A DNA stretch of 64,000 nucleotides from Dicyema japonicum (lineage: Eukaryota > Animalia > Dicyemida), in assembly GCA_011109175.1 (NCBI GenBank), contig RDEW01000004.1:1176410-1240409 (forward strand). The letters are read 5' to 3'. The position numbers were made by a program, and so were the translations under genes. This document shows positions 50,791 through 62,949 of this stretch, in pieces. The notes below the pieces were generated by a model. It made no database searches and was not told the DNA's origin. It was given only the letters and a program-made list of their open reading frames with translations. Within the stretch, counting starts at the first letter, position 1. Each line of letters starts with the position of its first letter.

Positions 50791-53700
50791 TTCATTGTAA
50801 TAACTCGAGCACAATTTTGTCTAGATAATTTATTGGTTGAACTATAAAATATTATTAATTAAACAATAAATAAAACTAATTCTTCTATATGTCCGTCTAA
50901 CTCAATCTTCTCTTTTTGGAGCCAACCCCTATTGCCTTTATAGGCGTGTTCACGTCGTTGCATACCCCACATTCAGAGACTACCCTCTGTCACTTTAGGA
51001 AGGATAAAAGACCTGTAAATGAACAAAGTATATGTAATCTGAAAGAGATTTCCCATTTTTTCTAAATAATATCGGGATATCAAATTTGAGATCAGTCCAA
51101 GTTCGACGGCAGTTAAACCTTTAGGTCAATAAATTGCTATAAAACCTTGTTCCTCCACAAGACATACATATCCAGGGTCCTCCAAGTTCGAACCCTGACC
51201 TTCGTGCATCAAATTCTCCCTTGTGTCCGAAAATTCGTGTATCTTACGCTTCTAGAAACAGAGATCAGCTGGAGTAGCTATGGCTTCTGAGTTTAGACGT
51301 CTCATCTTTTGAGAGCTGATAAAGACTTCCTGATTATACCTCCAGTTGTCTCGACAACAATCACACGGAAAGTGCCTCCTAGTCCGAAGAGCCCTCCGTA
51401 TATGTTCCCTTTAAACTCATCTTTTGAGAGCTGATAAAGACTTCCTGATTATACCTCCAGTTGTCTCGACAACAATCACACGGAAAGTGCCTCCTAGTCC
51501 GAAGAACCCTCCGTATATGTTCCCTTTAAACTTCTTATCATTTCTGTTGCGGATAATGCGTTTGCTGCTCTTCCGATAATGTTTGTAGAAGAAAGGCAGT
51601 CGAATCTTCTTCATAATATACATTATAATGTGCTCGTAAAAATTAGATTTTTTTGGAAAGTTTCTATTTTTAATGACAGGGACCTTCGAGAAGCGGAAAT
51701 ACTTAGTCCGACCTCAACACCAAGTGCTCCAAAAATCGAAGTTTTAACTTAGTTATAAATAATCATAACATTATGAAATAATAATAATCTCCGTCGAATT
51801 CCAAAAAACTTAACAAATTTCATTTGGTTTATTATAAAATGTTGGATTCTACTCCCAATTACATAATTATTCTTAGAGTTTAGCTGTAGTTTTTTCCTTA
51901 ACGAGTAAAACTTTCAGGGAATCCGGAGTGATAACTAAAATGGATTCTTCTAAATTATTATTTTTTGAGGGTTCCTTTTATTGTTTGATTCGCTATTTAA
52001 CTTCAACTCGTATCTTTTTTTAAGTTACCACCAATTTGATGCCTTAAAAATCTTAAAACGTTATGTGCAATGCTTAACCTAAGGGTCAAAATGGAGAATA
52101 CGAATTCTTTAATGAATGCGGCACTAAATGTGACAATTTGCATCCTCAAGTGCTGAAATACATCGAGAACCTTTGAATCAACAATTTAAAAATGTGTATT
52201 CATTATTCTCATGAGTTTCAGTTTTTGAACTGATGTTCCCATAACAATCACTAGTGGCATTATATTTTTTTATTCGAGCTATTGGTTCAATGCTCGTTCC
52301 AAAATTTTTGCTAAGAATCTGTGAGAAAATTTTATTTCGATATGAGTAGAACTATTTCAGTTTTTCATGGTATTTTAGGCTCATTTCAAGAACGCCACGA
52401 GAATATTAAGTCAACATGTAATTTTCTTTTAAATTAAAATAAACCATTAAATTAGTCATAATTAATTAATTCTGTTCCACATCGAGTTTTTTTCTGTAAG
52501 GGTCTTTTCCATTTCTACGCCAATCCTACCAAGTGTTCCAAAAACCAAAGTGAGGTTTTTTTTCGAGTCGAGGTTGGACAGTATTCCTATTATAATTTAT
52601 CAAATTTTTGTAACTTATTTTTACACTCAAATTTTTAGCTGAGGGTTTTATTCTTACATATCTCTACTTTGTTGAATGATTTCCTTTCTGCTCTATTTCT
52701 CTTTCCTATAGGGGTTATTGGATGCAACTACCTCAAGAGATACCCAATGTCTGGCTTGTGTCTAAAAAGATTTCTCTATTCCCTACTCCAGCGGTGATTT
52801 TCTCACAATGGTGGATACTTGAAAGAATTTGTCTCACTCCAACCGGGGGAATTAGTAAAATTTATTTTAGGCATATCTTGCGTTATTACAGAATTAAAAA
52901 TCACTCAATGATTAAAATTTTTTGACATTCTATCATGGTTGTAGTTTTTGTGGGTCTTCTAAATTTGCCAGAAAGTATTAAAAAATGATAAAAATAATCT
53001 CAATCAAGCAGCCATCAAGCTAGTCCAGAATCATTTTGTGTAAATTCAAGGATGCATCAATCACATGTGTCATATTGGTCATCTCAACATTTTAGTACAT
53101 TATATTTTGAAATGTACAATCTCGCTACTCTGGTATATTCCCAATGATGAAGAGAACATTACTTTGGAAGGCATCAATTCTAAAACTGGAGAGAAAATAT
53201 CTAATTACTTTTTATTTAAAAATAAAATTCCAACAGAATACAATTATTATGGACGGAAACTTTCTCTTTCATGAATTTAGCTCAAGTCTGGTTCCGCGGC
53301 GAGCAGTTCTGAAGATTCGAAAAAGAGGGAGTACTGCGGTATTGGGGATCGGTTCACATTCCAGTCGATCTTTATTGAGATATTTTTCGTGCTTGGTTTA
53401 ATTACATCTGAGTTTATCAGTTTGTAAGACTTCGGAAAGAAAACCCTAGAATAACACGATGGCTCGTCCAGAACATTGGGCTCGCAATAATGAGGGGGTG
53501 CTCAATGCCTGCAGGCCATAATGGAGAACGTAATAACTGACTTTATTGATTTCTAGTAATATACCATGAAGAAAATGCATTTTTCTGAGTTCTGATTCTA
53601 ATTTTTCTAACAGTAAGTTCAGTTCTTATTTATATCGAGTCCTGAAAACCTTTCTAAAAATACTTTTTGCAATTCTTCAACGAACTTAAAATTCTAGATC

Positions 53701-53968
53701 AGTCTTTTCTTCAGAAAAATTCTTATAAACGTTTGAAATGATAAGAGGACCCTTCAAGCTGTGCTTTAAAAAATAATACTTTTCTTCGAAATGCTGTAAT
53801 TTTTGTAACAATCACAAATGAGGTTTGTCTCCCAGTTTTAAGGTTAATTCTTTCATGCTTTAAATATAGGGTTTCCAGATTATTAGCATAACTTTATAAT
53901 CATTAGTGAAGAATGAAAAGAGCATCTTAAAAGTCATAGTAAGGTAGGATTTTCAGTATCCTATAGAC

Positions 53969-54130
53969 CAGAGATTGTCAAACGGTGTGCCGCGAGACAA
54001 TTTCTAGTGTGTCGCCAGCCAAATACAATTTTAAATAAATGGTTCCTAGCAAACCAAATATACTTTTACTTCCAAGCATCCGGACTATTCCAAAAAATCT
54101 GTGTCTTTTCTGTAAGACCTGCGAGCATAG
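53969..54130 (+). mobile_element. hAT (Charlie/Buster-like) left end and transposase remnant
   Basis: Terminal sequence cagagattgtcaaacggtgtgccgcg resembles Charlie-type ends. It is followed by frameshifted MVPSK...TSKHPDYSKKSVSF, similar to the Buster N-terminal zinc-finger region. Confidence 0.5.
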
Positions 54131-54469
54131 GGGTTAGTACATTTATTTCCTGACAATGCCAGACGATTCGAAGTAAGACGATCCCCGTCTAGACAAACAA
54201 GTAAAATAATTGTCCACCCTGATATCTTTAGACACTCAAAAGAACAATACTGCATATTAACAGGATGAAAAGTGGTCACGTGGAGAAACAGTTGTTACCA
54301 TCAAGTTTGAATTAAGTGTTCGCCTGTAAGTGCTCTCATGTCGTAATACACACGATTTAATTAAATTTGACTCGAAATCGAAATTTCAATTAAAAATATG
54401 TTCTATAAATAATATTTTGGATTGATCAACGAAAAGTAATTACTAAAAAACATATTTCATTTCACAGGA

Positions 54470-55530
54470 GGAAACTGGATAAATATTCTGCGCTTGGGAG
54501 CCGTTTCTGCTTTGTCTCAGTCTGATTCGAGACATCAGGTGTGGTCGGGACTGCCAGCAAAGGTGTTCTCCGAAAGAATGGATGCGCAATCTCCTCAAGT
54601 CTATGAGATCCTCGTGAGCGGCATTGGTTCCGCTAACATCTTGGAAATGCCATCATTCGCGGCGATGTCCACTGTCTCTTGGCATCTGATGCCTGACTTT
54701 CTTTTCTTAAATCGCTTATCGAAATCTTAAATCTCCCTTAAGACTAAGTAATTAATTAATCGGAAGGTTAAGGGGGGTGACGTAGCTCTATTGCACAGAA
54801 TGTCTACTCATCTACATATGTATAAAAGCCCTTATCTTCTTTCTTGTGAGTATGTGAAGGTGACATATACATGAGATACAGGAAACACACATTTCTAAAC
54901 AAAGGAAATGCACGTAGAAACCAGATTAGAATCTCATCCAGCTTAAAACTCGGAGGATCATTTCTCAGAAGCTTGCGTAAATCTCCTCTCTGGGTGACTG
55001 CTTACATTTGAAAAAGTAAAAATCATTAAGAAAAATGTGGCGGATTCTAATATTTTTTGGAGATTTCTGCATTTTTTGTATATGAAGAATTTTAGAGGTT
55101 TTGCCGTATCATAGTTTGATCGGGTTCTTAGTGACTGATAAATTGATCTGTTTCTAATTCTGACCGAAATGTAACCGAAATGACCTTTAATTCACGAAAA
55201 TACGTTCTGAAGGTTCGTCAGAAAAACCTCAGAATTTTAAAAATTTTCAAATTTTTGAATAGTTTTAGTCATTTAATAATTTAAATGAAAAGTATGTCAG
55301 GTATCAAATGCCAAGAGACAGGTGCCATTACTGAGGACGATGGCAATCCCAAGACGTTTGTGAAATCATCGCCGCTCGCGAGGATCTGCCAGGCTTGAGG
55401 AGATCGTACTTCCAATCTCTCGGAGAACACATCTGATGATAGGCCCTGTTACACCCGAAGTTTTGAATGCAATTTGGACTAAGTATAAACAGTCCCAAGG
55501 CGCAGAATATTAATATAATTTCCTTCGTTC
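54470..55530. repeat. Diverged inverted pair (~250 bp each): 54470-54730 (+) and 55281-55526 (-)
   Basis: Gap-free colinear alignment in one frame: GN[WY]INILRLG...VFSER...SPQ..IL.SG...VSWHL.PD. The second copy has two in-frame stops. Confidence 0.8.
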
Positions 55531-56536
55531 GGCAGAGTCACAGTGGGCCATCTGAAGGTTTACTGGGTACCATATTTGCCAGAGAAAAGTACCAACAAAA
55601 GTAATATCCCATTGTAAATAGGGAGATCACAGTTAACTGTTTCCACAATAGAAATGCTAATCGTACCTCTCTCACGAATGTCTGAATCTCCTCAAGATTT
55701 ATGTTACCCTTCTCCTCGTGTGGATGTACAAAATGATGATAATGAATATACAAAGTTTCAAAACAATAAAGTGTCGGATAAACTTGTCTCTAGATTCGAG
55801 TCTCAAAAAATTGGGGAAAATTGAAAAGTCGCCTTAAAGTGAATTACATCATTAATTCCTGAACGTTCTTAATGGTAATGAAGTTACGATCAAAATTCCG
55901 TCAATATTTTGATCAAAATTCTGGTTTAGAATCAGGACAAATATTAAGTCTGTGTAACATATAACAGCAGTTAGTTAATTTCGCTGTAACATATAACAGC
56001 TTTAGAAACAAGTAATGATTCAGATATTTTCACGACACAGTTTGAAGACCCCCCGAGAGCGAAGATATTTCAACATTGCCTTGGAATGCCCAAAGTCTAT
56101 TGGTAGTTGATGATTTTTTAATAACGGGTCCTTTCCTAGCATCCGGCATTATAAGGACCTTAGTGGAGTACAAAAGAGAAGGAGTCTCCCTGATATTCAC
56201 CTAATAAGATCTACTATATTTCAAGCTTTAAAATGATAAATTATAAGCCACAAAATAAAAATCGACAAAATATATTCTTTCATCTGTCCTTAAAAAGCAG
56301 CTACGAGGAGTAAGATTAAATTACAAGGATAATTCAATCTAAAATTTGACATGATCGATATGATGTCCTTAATGAGAGCTAAATCGCATTATAATTTCAG
56401 TCATTAAAAGCAATTAAACTACACTCAGACTGAAATAAGGAAGATAAGTTTCCGCTATAAAACCAAAAACCATTAAAACAACCAGTTATAGTAAAAATAT
56501 AGTGGGTTCATTGCAGAGACATGAATTTAGACCTCA

Positions 56537-57789
56537 CTACAAAACCGTTTCTAAATGAGAAAATTCTCTTACCTTCTCACTGCTTAGTGGCTCCCAGACT
56601 TGGAGATCATGGTGGTCCTTGGAATCACGGCATTTAAAAGCCTGATAACCAATCGAGGATAATGTGGGAATTTCAGGGCGGATTACCGGGAAGATAACAC
56701 GGAAACACGTTTTGAGGTCAGAAATAGAATAACAGGTCAAATTCTTCCATTCCTCGCTCTTCGACTTCCTTGTTAGCATCATATAAATGGTGGAGGCTAT
56801 TAGAGATCTCGGGAAAAGAAAACAGCAGGGATCAAACAGGACGACATTCAAAAGCTAAAAACTGCTAAAAGAACTCACTTTTGCTCCCCTGAGTAAATTA
56901 TAGCAGGAATAATTCGGCTTTTCCGTGGTAAGTGAGCCATCCACATGCAATTGTAAGAGTATTTTCAGCCAGTTATAGCTGGTAACCACACTTAGATTCC
57001 AGTCGAGACTCTGAAGAACTCTGAGTTCCATAGTAACAACTTCCTGGGCCGTGAATGCCCCGTCGGTCATCGCTGCATATTTCTCGACTTCGCAGAGATC
57101 AACAGACTAGGGTATCAAATCCACAAGAACCTCATATTTTGCTGAAATAAACAGACATGAGATCCCAACCAGTTGAAAATTAGACGCCCGTAGCTTACGT
57201 GCACCGTTTGATGCCAGGAATCGATCGAGAATGTTCACCGAGAGGAAGAAAACTTCTCGGGTCAGTTCGAAGTTCTCACATACCTATTGACCATGAAATC
57301 CAAAAAGTGACCTCAGTGATCCAGCTGATGAGCTTAGCCCTCATGGAGTCTGTTATATGAGGAGAGGAACGGTCACGGAGAAATTCAGCCGAACACAGTT
57401 CAGATTCCATTTCGAGGGCTGCGGAAAGGAATTTTCCGAGAGCATTCCACGGCTGTAATTGGGGATGTTTATTAGCGATTTGAGTTTCTGAGGTGTTTTG
57501 AATATTTTGAGTTTTTTCGATCGGGAGTAATGAGGAATTTATGTTTTCCTTGTTTTCTGAGACTTCTATCCCCTTTTGGACAATTCGGAGATTCCCGGAG
57601 ACGAAGGTGCTTCGTTGGAAAAGGGACATTTCGGAACATACTTTGTCGATGGGAATCCAGCCGTGGGTCTTGAAATTCAGCTAAAATCAGACCTTTGTTA
57701 AAAAGGCAGATTCATGAGTTTCGACGTTTAGGGGTTGCAAAGGAAGAAGACTAGGGATTAAGACAACAAGCAAACCGTTTGACACTCAT
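56537..57789 (-). CDS. CCNE: Cyclin E-like cyclin, 6 exons
   Basis: Cyclin box MRAKLISWITE|VCENFELTREVFFLSVNILDRF, then FQLVGISCLFISAKYE, TDGAF and YNWLKILLQ (cyclin E-like). Five GT-AG introns of 24-28 nt. Confidence 0.8.
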
Positions 57790-59029
57790 GAATTAGTCAG
57801 AAGGCACTATATATGATAATAAAAGACTACATTTTTGTTAAAAATAAAAATTAAAGCTTCCCTTAGGATATTAATCACACCGATTAGGTCACACAGCGAG
57901 TAAGCCGTGAAATTATATTCTTATTTAAGGCTTAAATTGTTAAAATAGGATTAATAATTTATTTATTTTATAGAACAAATGCTCATTTTTTCGTAAATGA
58001 GCTAAAAAACATAATATACCATTAAAACAATATTTATCAAACGTACATTGATTTGAACCCTCTTTTAGGTCACATCTTTGTCTATCCAAATAGAAAATCA
58101 ATCTTTGGAGTTTGTAGGCCAAAAAATAAATCTCATGAGCTCGTTTAAAGACACAAAACAGCCATTAAATGAACAAATTATACATCTGGTGATTCTGTGT
58201 CGTACTAGAGAAAAGTACCCGGAAGAAAATCATTTTCCGGAAAACTGCCCCCTCGTGTTCAGTTAGCTTATTTGTGGTTATTTTAAATTTGAAAAGTTCT
58301 GATTTTTCCCTAAAATTGATGAAATCTAATTGATCTCAACAATTTTCTGTCAATTAAATAAAGTAATCAATAATAGACTGAATAATCGTTTTTCTGTCGC
58401 ATGGAAAAGCAGTTGGAAGCCATTTTGTCTAATTTATTCTCTGGAATGTTCAAAAAATATCTGGGATCTTAAATTCGCTGTGAAACAACGTCATCTTTAA
58501 AGATGTCTAGTATTATGAGAGCCATAGTTTACTTTTGTGGAAGTCAATGCTGGTTGAGTAATTTAGGTGCAATAATGGTTTTTTAATATGCAACTTTGTA
58601 AGGTCGGATAGAATAACGTTGGCTATGAAGATGTCTTTTGGTTAACTGAGGAAATACTGTTTTACGAAATTATTATCGTTCGACAAATTTCTGGTCCTTT
58701 AATTTGACTTATTTGTTTTACTTTATGGATAAACGTCTATCATACGGCTAATTTATCTTTTGACACGTCCAAGAATATCAGAAGTTCCAAATTCGCGGAT
58801 TTGGCAAAACAACGTCATCTTTGAGCATCCGTTATTGGGACATCTGTTTCTATATTTTTATGGCACTTAAGGCTTAAAAGTTAATAATATAATTCAGACC
58901 TTCCGTTGACTACTAAAGTTTCCATTACTCTTCTCAGCTTAGGCAGAACTCACACTTCGTTAAAGAAGTAAAGAACTGTTATGATGATTAAGAAAAGACG
59001 TAATCCAAGAAATCGAAGACGTTGTTGAC

Positions 59030-59125
59030 TTTTTGTTCTTTTTTTTGCTTGTGTGTGAGTCCCTGAGACAATCCGGTTCCCCAGTGATTAATCACTGATG
59101 ACAGCGTCACTATTCAAATCGATGT
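59030..59125 (-). mobile_element. SINE 3' fragment
   Basis: Near match to 16380-16450 (gagacaatccggttccccagtgatt..cactg). Confidence 0.7.
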
Positions 59126-59757
59126 ATTTGATGAATTTATGCTTCACAATTTGCATCATTTATATTAATATTCTAGTAAAACTTACCCTTAAATGCAAAG
59201 TAATAGTTAAACCATTAATATTTGAAATTCTTTATTGAATCTTAGACTGCGGTCCTCTAATTTTGTGTTTCTGAAACCATAATTGTTTCCCCCGTGAGGT
59301 TAAAGTTTTGTTGGCGCCCATAAACATCTTCATGAAATTATTTGGGATGAAATTGGTTAATTTTTATTTCTAAAAGTTGAGTTTTTCAAATAAGTGAATT
59401 TTTAGTTTAAAATACAACCCAACCAGTTAGCCTATTGTGGTCGGGAGGTTGAGCTCGTATGTAGTTCTAGTGCACCCATGCCTTCGTCTCCTCAAGGTGG
59501 ATATAACCTCTTTTTCCCTTCTTGATGGACAGAGAAGACATTGAATGCATGAACTTTCGAAAATAGGAAACCATCGGATTATTCAGTGTCTGTGTTTCTA
59601 TTTCGTCTTTACAAATCGGAAGAACTCAGATGAGTCTACCTTGAGAGAACAAGAGAATTATTAGTAGTTATTAATTCTCGAATGTTCTTAGTGATGTAAC
59701 TCGAAATTTTTAAATTCCCAAGTTAATCTTGAAGATAGAATCAGGGGATTTCTCAAC

Positions 59758-59895
59758 TTATTTCTTTTTTTTGTTGTGTGAGAGTCCCTGTAGACTATCT
59801 GATTCCTCAGCGGCCTTATTTGTCATGGCATGAAGTAGATGCATGGAACCTTCTGCCGGGGAGTGGGCAACAGCGAGAATCAAACCTGAAAGCTT
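59758..59895 (-). mobile_element. SINE copy (internally deleted)
   Basis: Carries the A-rich tail and the B-box remnant 'cagcgagaatcaaacc' shared with 18808-19003. Confidence 0.6.
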
Positions 59896-60399
59896 CTAAA
59901 TTCTTTCCGTACATATGACACAGCGACATCCCGATTTTTAATAGTAAAATCTAATAATCCTGTTATTCTCATTTTTCTTGGTGTTCTTAGAGTAATGAAA
60001 TGTCAAATTGAATACTTTATTAAATTATGCCATAATTTAGCAATTTTATTGTATAATATTGTTAAAAAATTAAACTTAATCATGATGTTCGATTTCATTA
60101 TTTGGTAGCTATTATTTTAACAACAAATATTTACAAGTTTGCAAAGTTTAACTAAATTTTTGTGGAATTACAATTTCTTTGCATAAAGTCTTAAAATAGT
60201 AAGGAAAAATGTTTGCAAATCGAATTAAAAGGGTTCCCACAGCTAATACAAACTCAAAGTTTCCTTCTCTCCTCAGATTTCGACTTTTGTGACTCCAGAA
60301 GTAGTTGGCGATCTGTGAGAACTTGATAAGCCTAGGTGTTAATTTCTTCTTACAGTATCCTGAGTTAATAGATTGAGATAGAAAAATATTTTATTAATT

Positions 60400-60500
60400 T
60401 GAATTTATTGAACCAGAAAAACACCGTCTAGCCATAATGAAAAAAATCAAGTGATCTCGGCCTCCCTCAGACATCTTCGCACGCTAGGACTTAAAGGAAG
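60400..60500 (-). mobile_element. LINE 3' UTR fragment
   Basis: ttattgaaccagaaaa.caccgtc is shared with the 3' end of the 44580-45560 element. Confidence 0.5.
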
Positions 60501-60913
60501 TTCTATCCAAACAAAAACCTTCAATTCAGGTAGCCACACAGCACCATATGATGGCCATCCTGTATAAATTGAAAAGACATATAGTGTATCATTATAGAAA
60601 ACCCCATCAGACTAATACAAACTTGTTGGTTCTCTTTGTCTAATTAGTCTCTAGTTAGTAACGAGTTTGTTTTGCCAATAAAATTATCTTTCTGTTTGAG
60701 GATCCTAATATTAAATATTTACCATATTATCTCCACCATTCCCAGCTTTTTGCATATTACTTCAAATACTATGTACCGTAGGTTTATCATCTTTTTCAAC
60801 ATAAAATATTAATGGTCTTAAGATCACTCAAAACATAGAGTTCCATTTAGTCGATTATAAGAATTAACTAAATGAAATGAGTCTGTCTCTATTAATTTGT
60901 CTTCTCTTTGAGC

Positions 60914-60997
60914 NNNNNNNNNNNNNNNNNNNNNNNNNNNNNNNNNNNNNNNNNNNNNNNNNNNNNNNNNNNNNNNNNNNNNNNNNNNNNNNNNNNN
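60914..60997. other. Assembly gap (84 N) flanked by overlapping duplicated sequence
   Basis: N run; the sequence on each side (atttagt.gattataagaattaactaaatg...tttgagc) is repeated. Confidence 0.95.
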
Positions 60998-62949
60998 ATT
61001 TAGTTGATTATAAGAATTAACTAAATGAAATGAGTCTGTCTCTATTATTTTGTCTTCTCTTTGAGCTGCCCAAACACTCATGCGATCTTCTCGATCTGAG
61101 TTTTCATTTGCCAAATTCCTTTACTTAAACTCTCTAGCATGAAATGTGTACTCTGTTGACCGTCATAATATTGATATCAAATTCCTGTGAGTCGTCCAAT
61201 GTAACTAACTCATATTTATGTTATTATTTCAAGAGTCTTCTTGGTCATGATGATCGAATTTTATTAATAAAAAACAGTTAACAACTACTATAAGTTAATT
61301 TCAGTCAAGACCGGCTGCTCTCAGAAGTAAAAAACGTATTTCTCATGACGATTTGTAAAGAAATGCGCTCAATGAGCACCTTCTTTCTCTAATCCTTTTT
61401 TCATTGCGGTAAGTGATACGATTCGGTTCATTGGTCTGCTTCCTATGACTTTTGATGTTTCCACGACGAATGGTTAAAAAATGAACTGTCTACCAAGACA
61501 TTTGTATTTATTAAAATAATTAATGATACTTTAAGTAGTAGTGAAATTTTACGATTGAAACTCTTATATATATTCTCCAGTCTCTTTAGGTAAAGGAATT
61601 TACTCTGGTAATGATCAGAGTAGAGATTTAGTGCATGTGGCATGTTTTTCAAATGACAAACAATTACAAATACCAGACATAGTATTTTAGGGTTTTGATG
61701 ATAGAAGGTGGAGTTTTGTTTATGAGGAAATAGAACGGTAAGAAGAGGGGTCAGAAGGATGGAGGATAGCTTAAAATTGGAATGATTGAATATTTTTTAG
61801 AAAGTATAAGTACCGATTAGTAATCAATTGACTACTCTATTAATTTGTTAAGTAAAAAATCTGTGAGGATCGAGATTTTTAAGCAAGACCGTTGACCCCT
61901 TGCATTAGAGTTTAGAAGTTAGCGACAAACTGCGTTTTTAGAGATTGTATTATACTGAAAAAGTCCACCGACTTCAGAAATGTGGTCTCTTATAGTGGAT
62001 GCCTTTAAAGTAGAAAAGTGGCACATAAGTAAGTTATCAAGACTCGGAAAGATATCGTAGATTTGTTGCAGAGGCAAGTTTCATGGTAGTTTGGTGGGAC
62101 AGAAAAAATGATTAGTTAACTAAATAAAGTAACAAACGCCTATCTTTGATACAAACCAACTTTTTCTATTCTTTAAGGCCCTTGCATCTCCTAAGTTTTC
62201 CTGATTCAACAATGTATCAGTTCACCTAAAAAATTTGACATGGATAAAAAATTATCTAATTTTTACATGAGCCAGGCTCCCAAAATGATTAAAAATTATA
62301 ACGGACAATTCTTCCTTTAGCCGATTTCTGTTGAGACGTTTTGAGTGGTTGCTCCAACACGATGGAGATTGTTGAAACAACCAATGGCTTGTAGGAACAA
62401 GGAATGGTGAACCAAGAACAACGTAATAGTTCTTTCAAGGTATAGACTTAGTCATTATTATTATTTTTTTCAAAAATAATAATTCTGTGATTGTAGCCAT
62501 AAACTTCCCAGCTAAAGCATAAATGACCTCAATTTGAAGATTTTTTATTGTCAACGGGGTTCTTATGGCTTTATGAAAAAAGGAATCGAACCAACATATG
62601 GACACTAGCTTATTCCACAAACTCAGTGATACTACGTCAGTCTTTCCTTTATGTTTCTCTGAATATTGAGTGTAATTCTCGCCAGAAACCCTAAAGTTTG
62701 TATTTATTAGACACACCATTGGTTCCCATGGTCAAATGACTCCCTTACTAGTTATCATGGCTATAAGGGAAGATGTCTACTACACATAATTGTAGAGTTA
62801 TAAGTCTAGATGATGTGCTGGTTCTCTCAAATTAGTCATCAGTAATTTTCTTAATTTATTCGTAATATTGATTATTCCTTGAATTTGACTATCGCTATAA
62901 TTACCACAAAATGACGAAACTATGTCAAATATCAATTATAGAGACTGCA

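Noticed and set aside
52700-53900. Intron-like GT..AG segments suggesting another gene
   Set aside because: No consistent spliced reading frame could be built on either strand.
55460-55485. In-frame TAG/TAA aligned to Leu/Trp codons in the inverted pair, hinting at stop-codon reassignment
   Set aside because: Conserved genes here terminate at TAA, TAG and TGA and contain no in-frame stops, so the standard code fits.
58380-58900. Diverged ~70-bp repeat (aacaacgtcatcttt...) about 325 bp apart
   Set aside because: There are only two degenerate copies with stops in all frames, so no function or family could be supported.
17505-61065. Short direct repeats as a possible CRISPR array or minisatellite system
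   Set aside because: The DNA is eukaryotic. The repeats are two-copy tandem overlaps without spacers, often with n at the join.
60824-61114. ORF spanning the N gap with an apparent internal repeat
   Set aside because: The repeat is the duplicated contig overlap on either side of the gap, and there is no recognisable domain.
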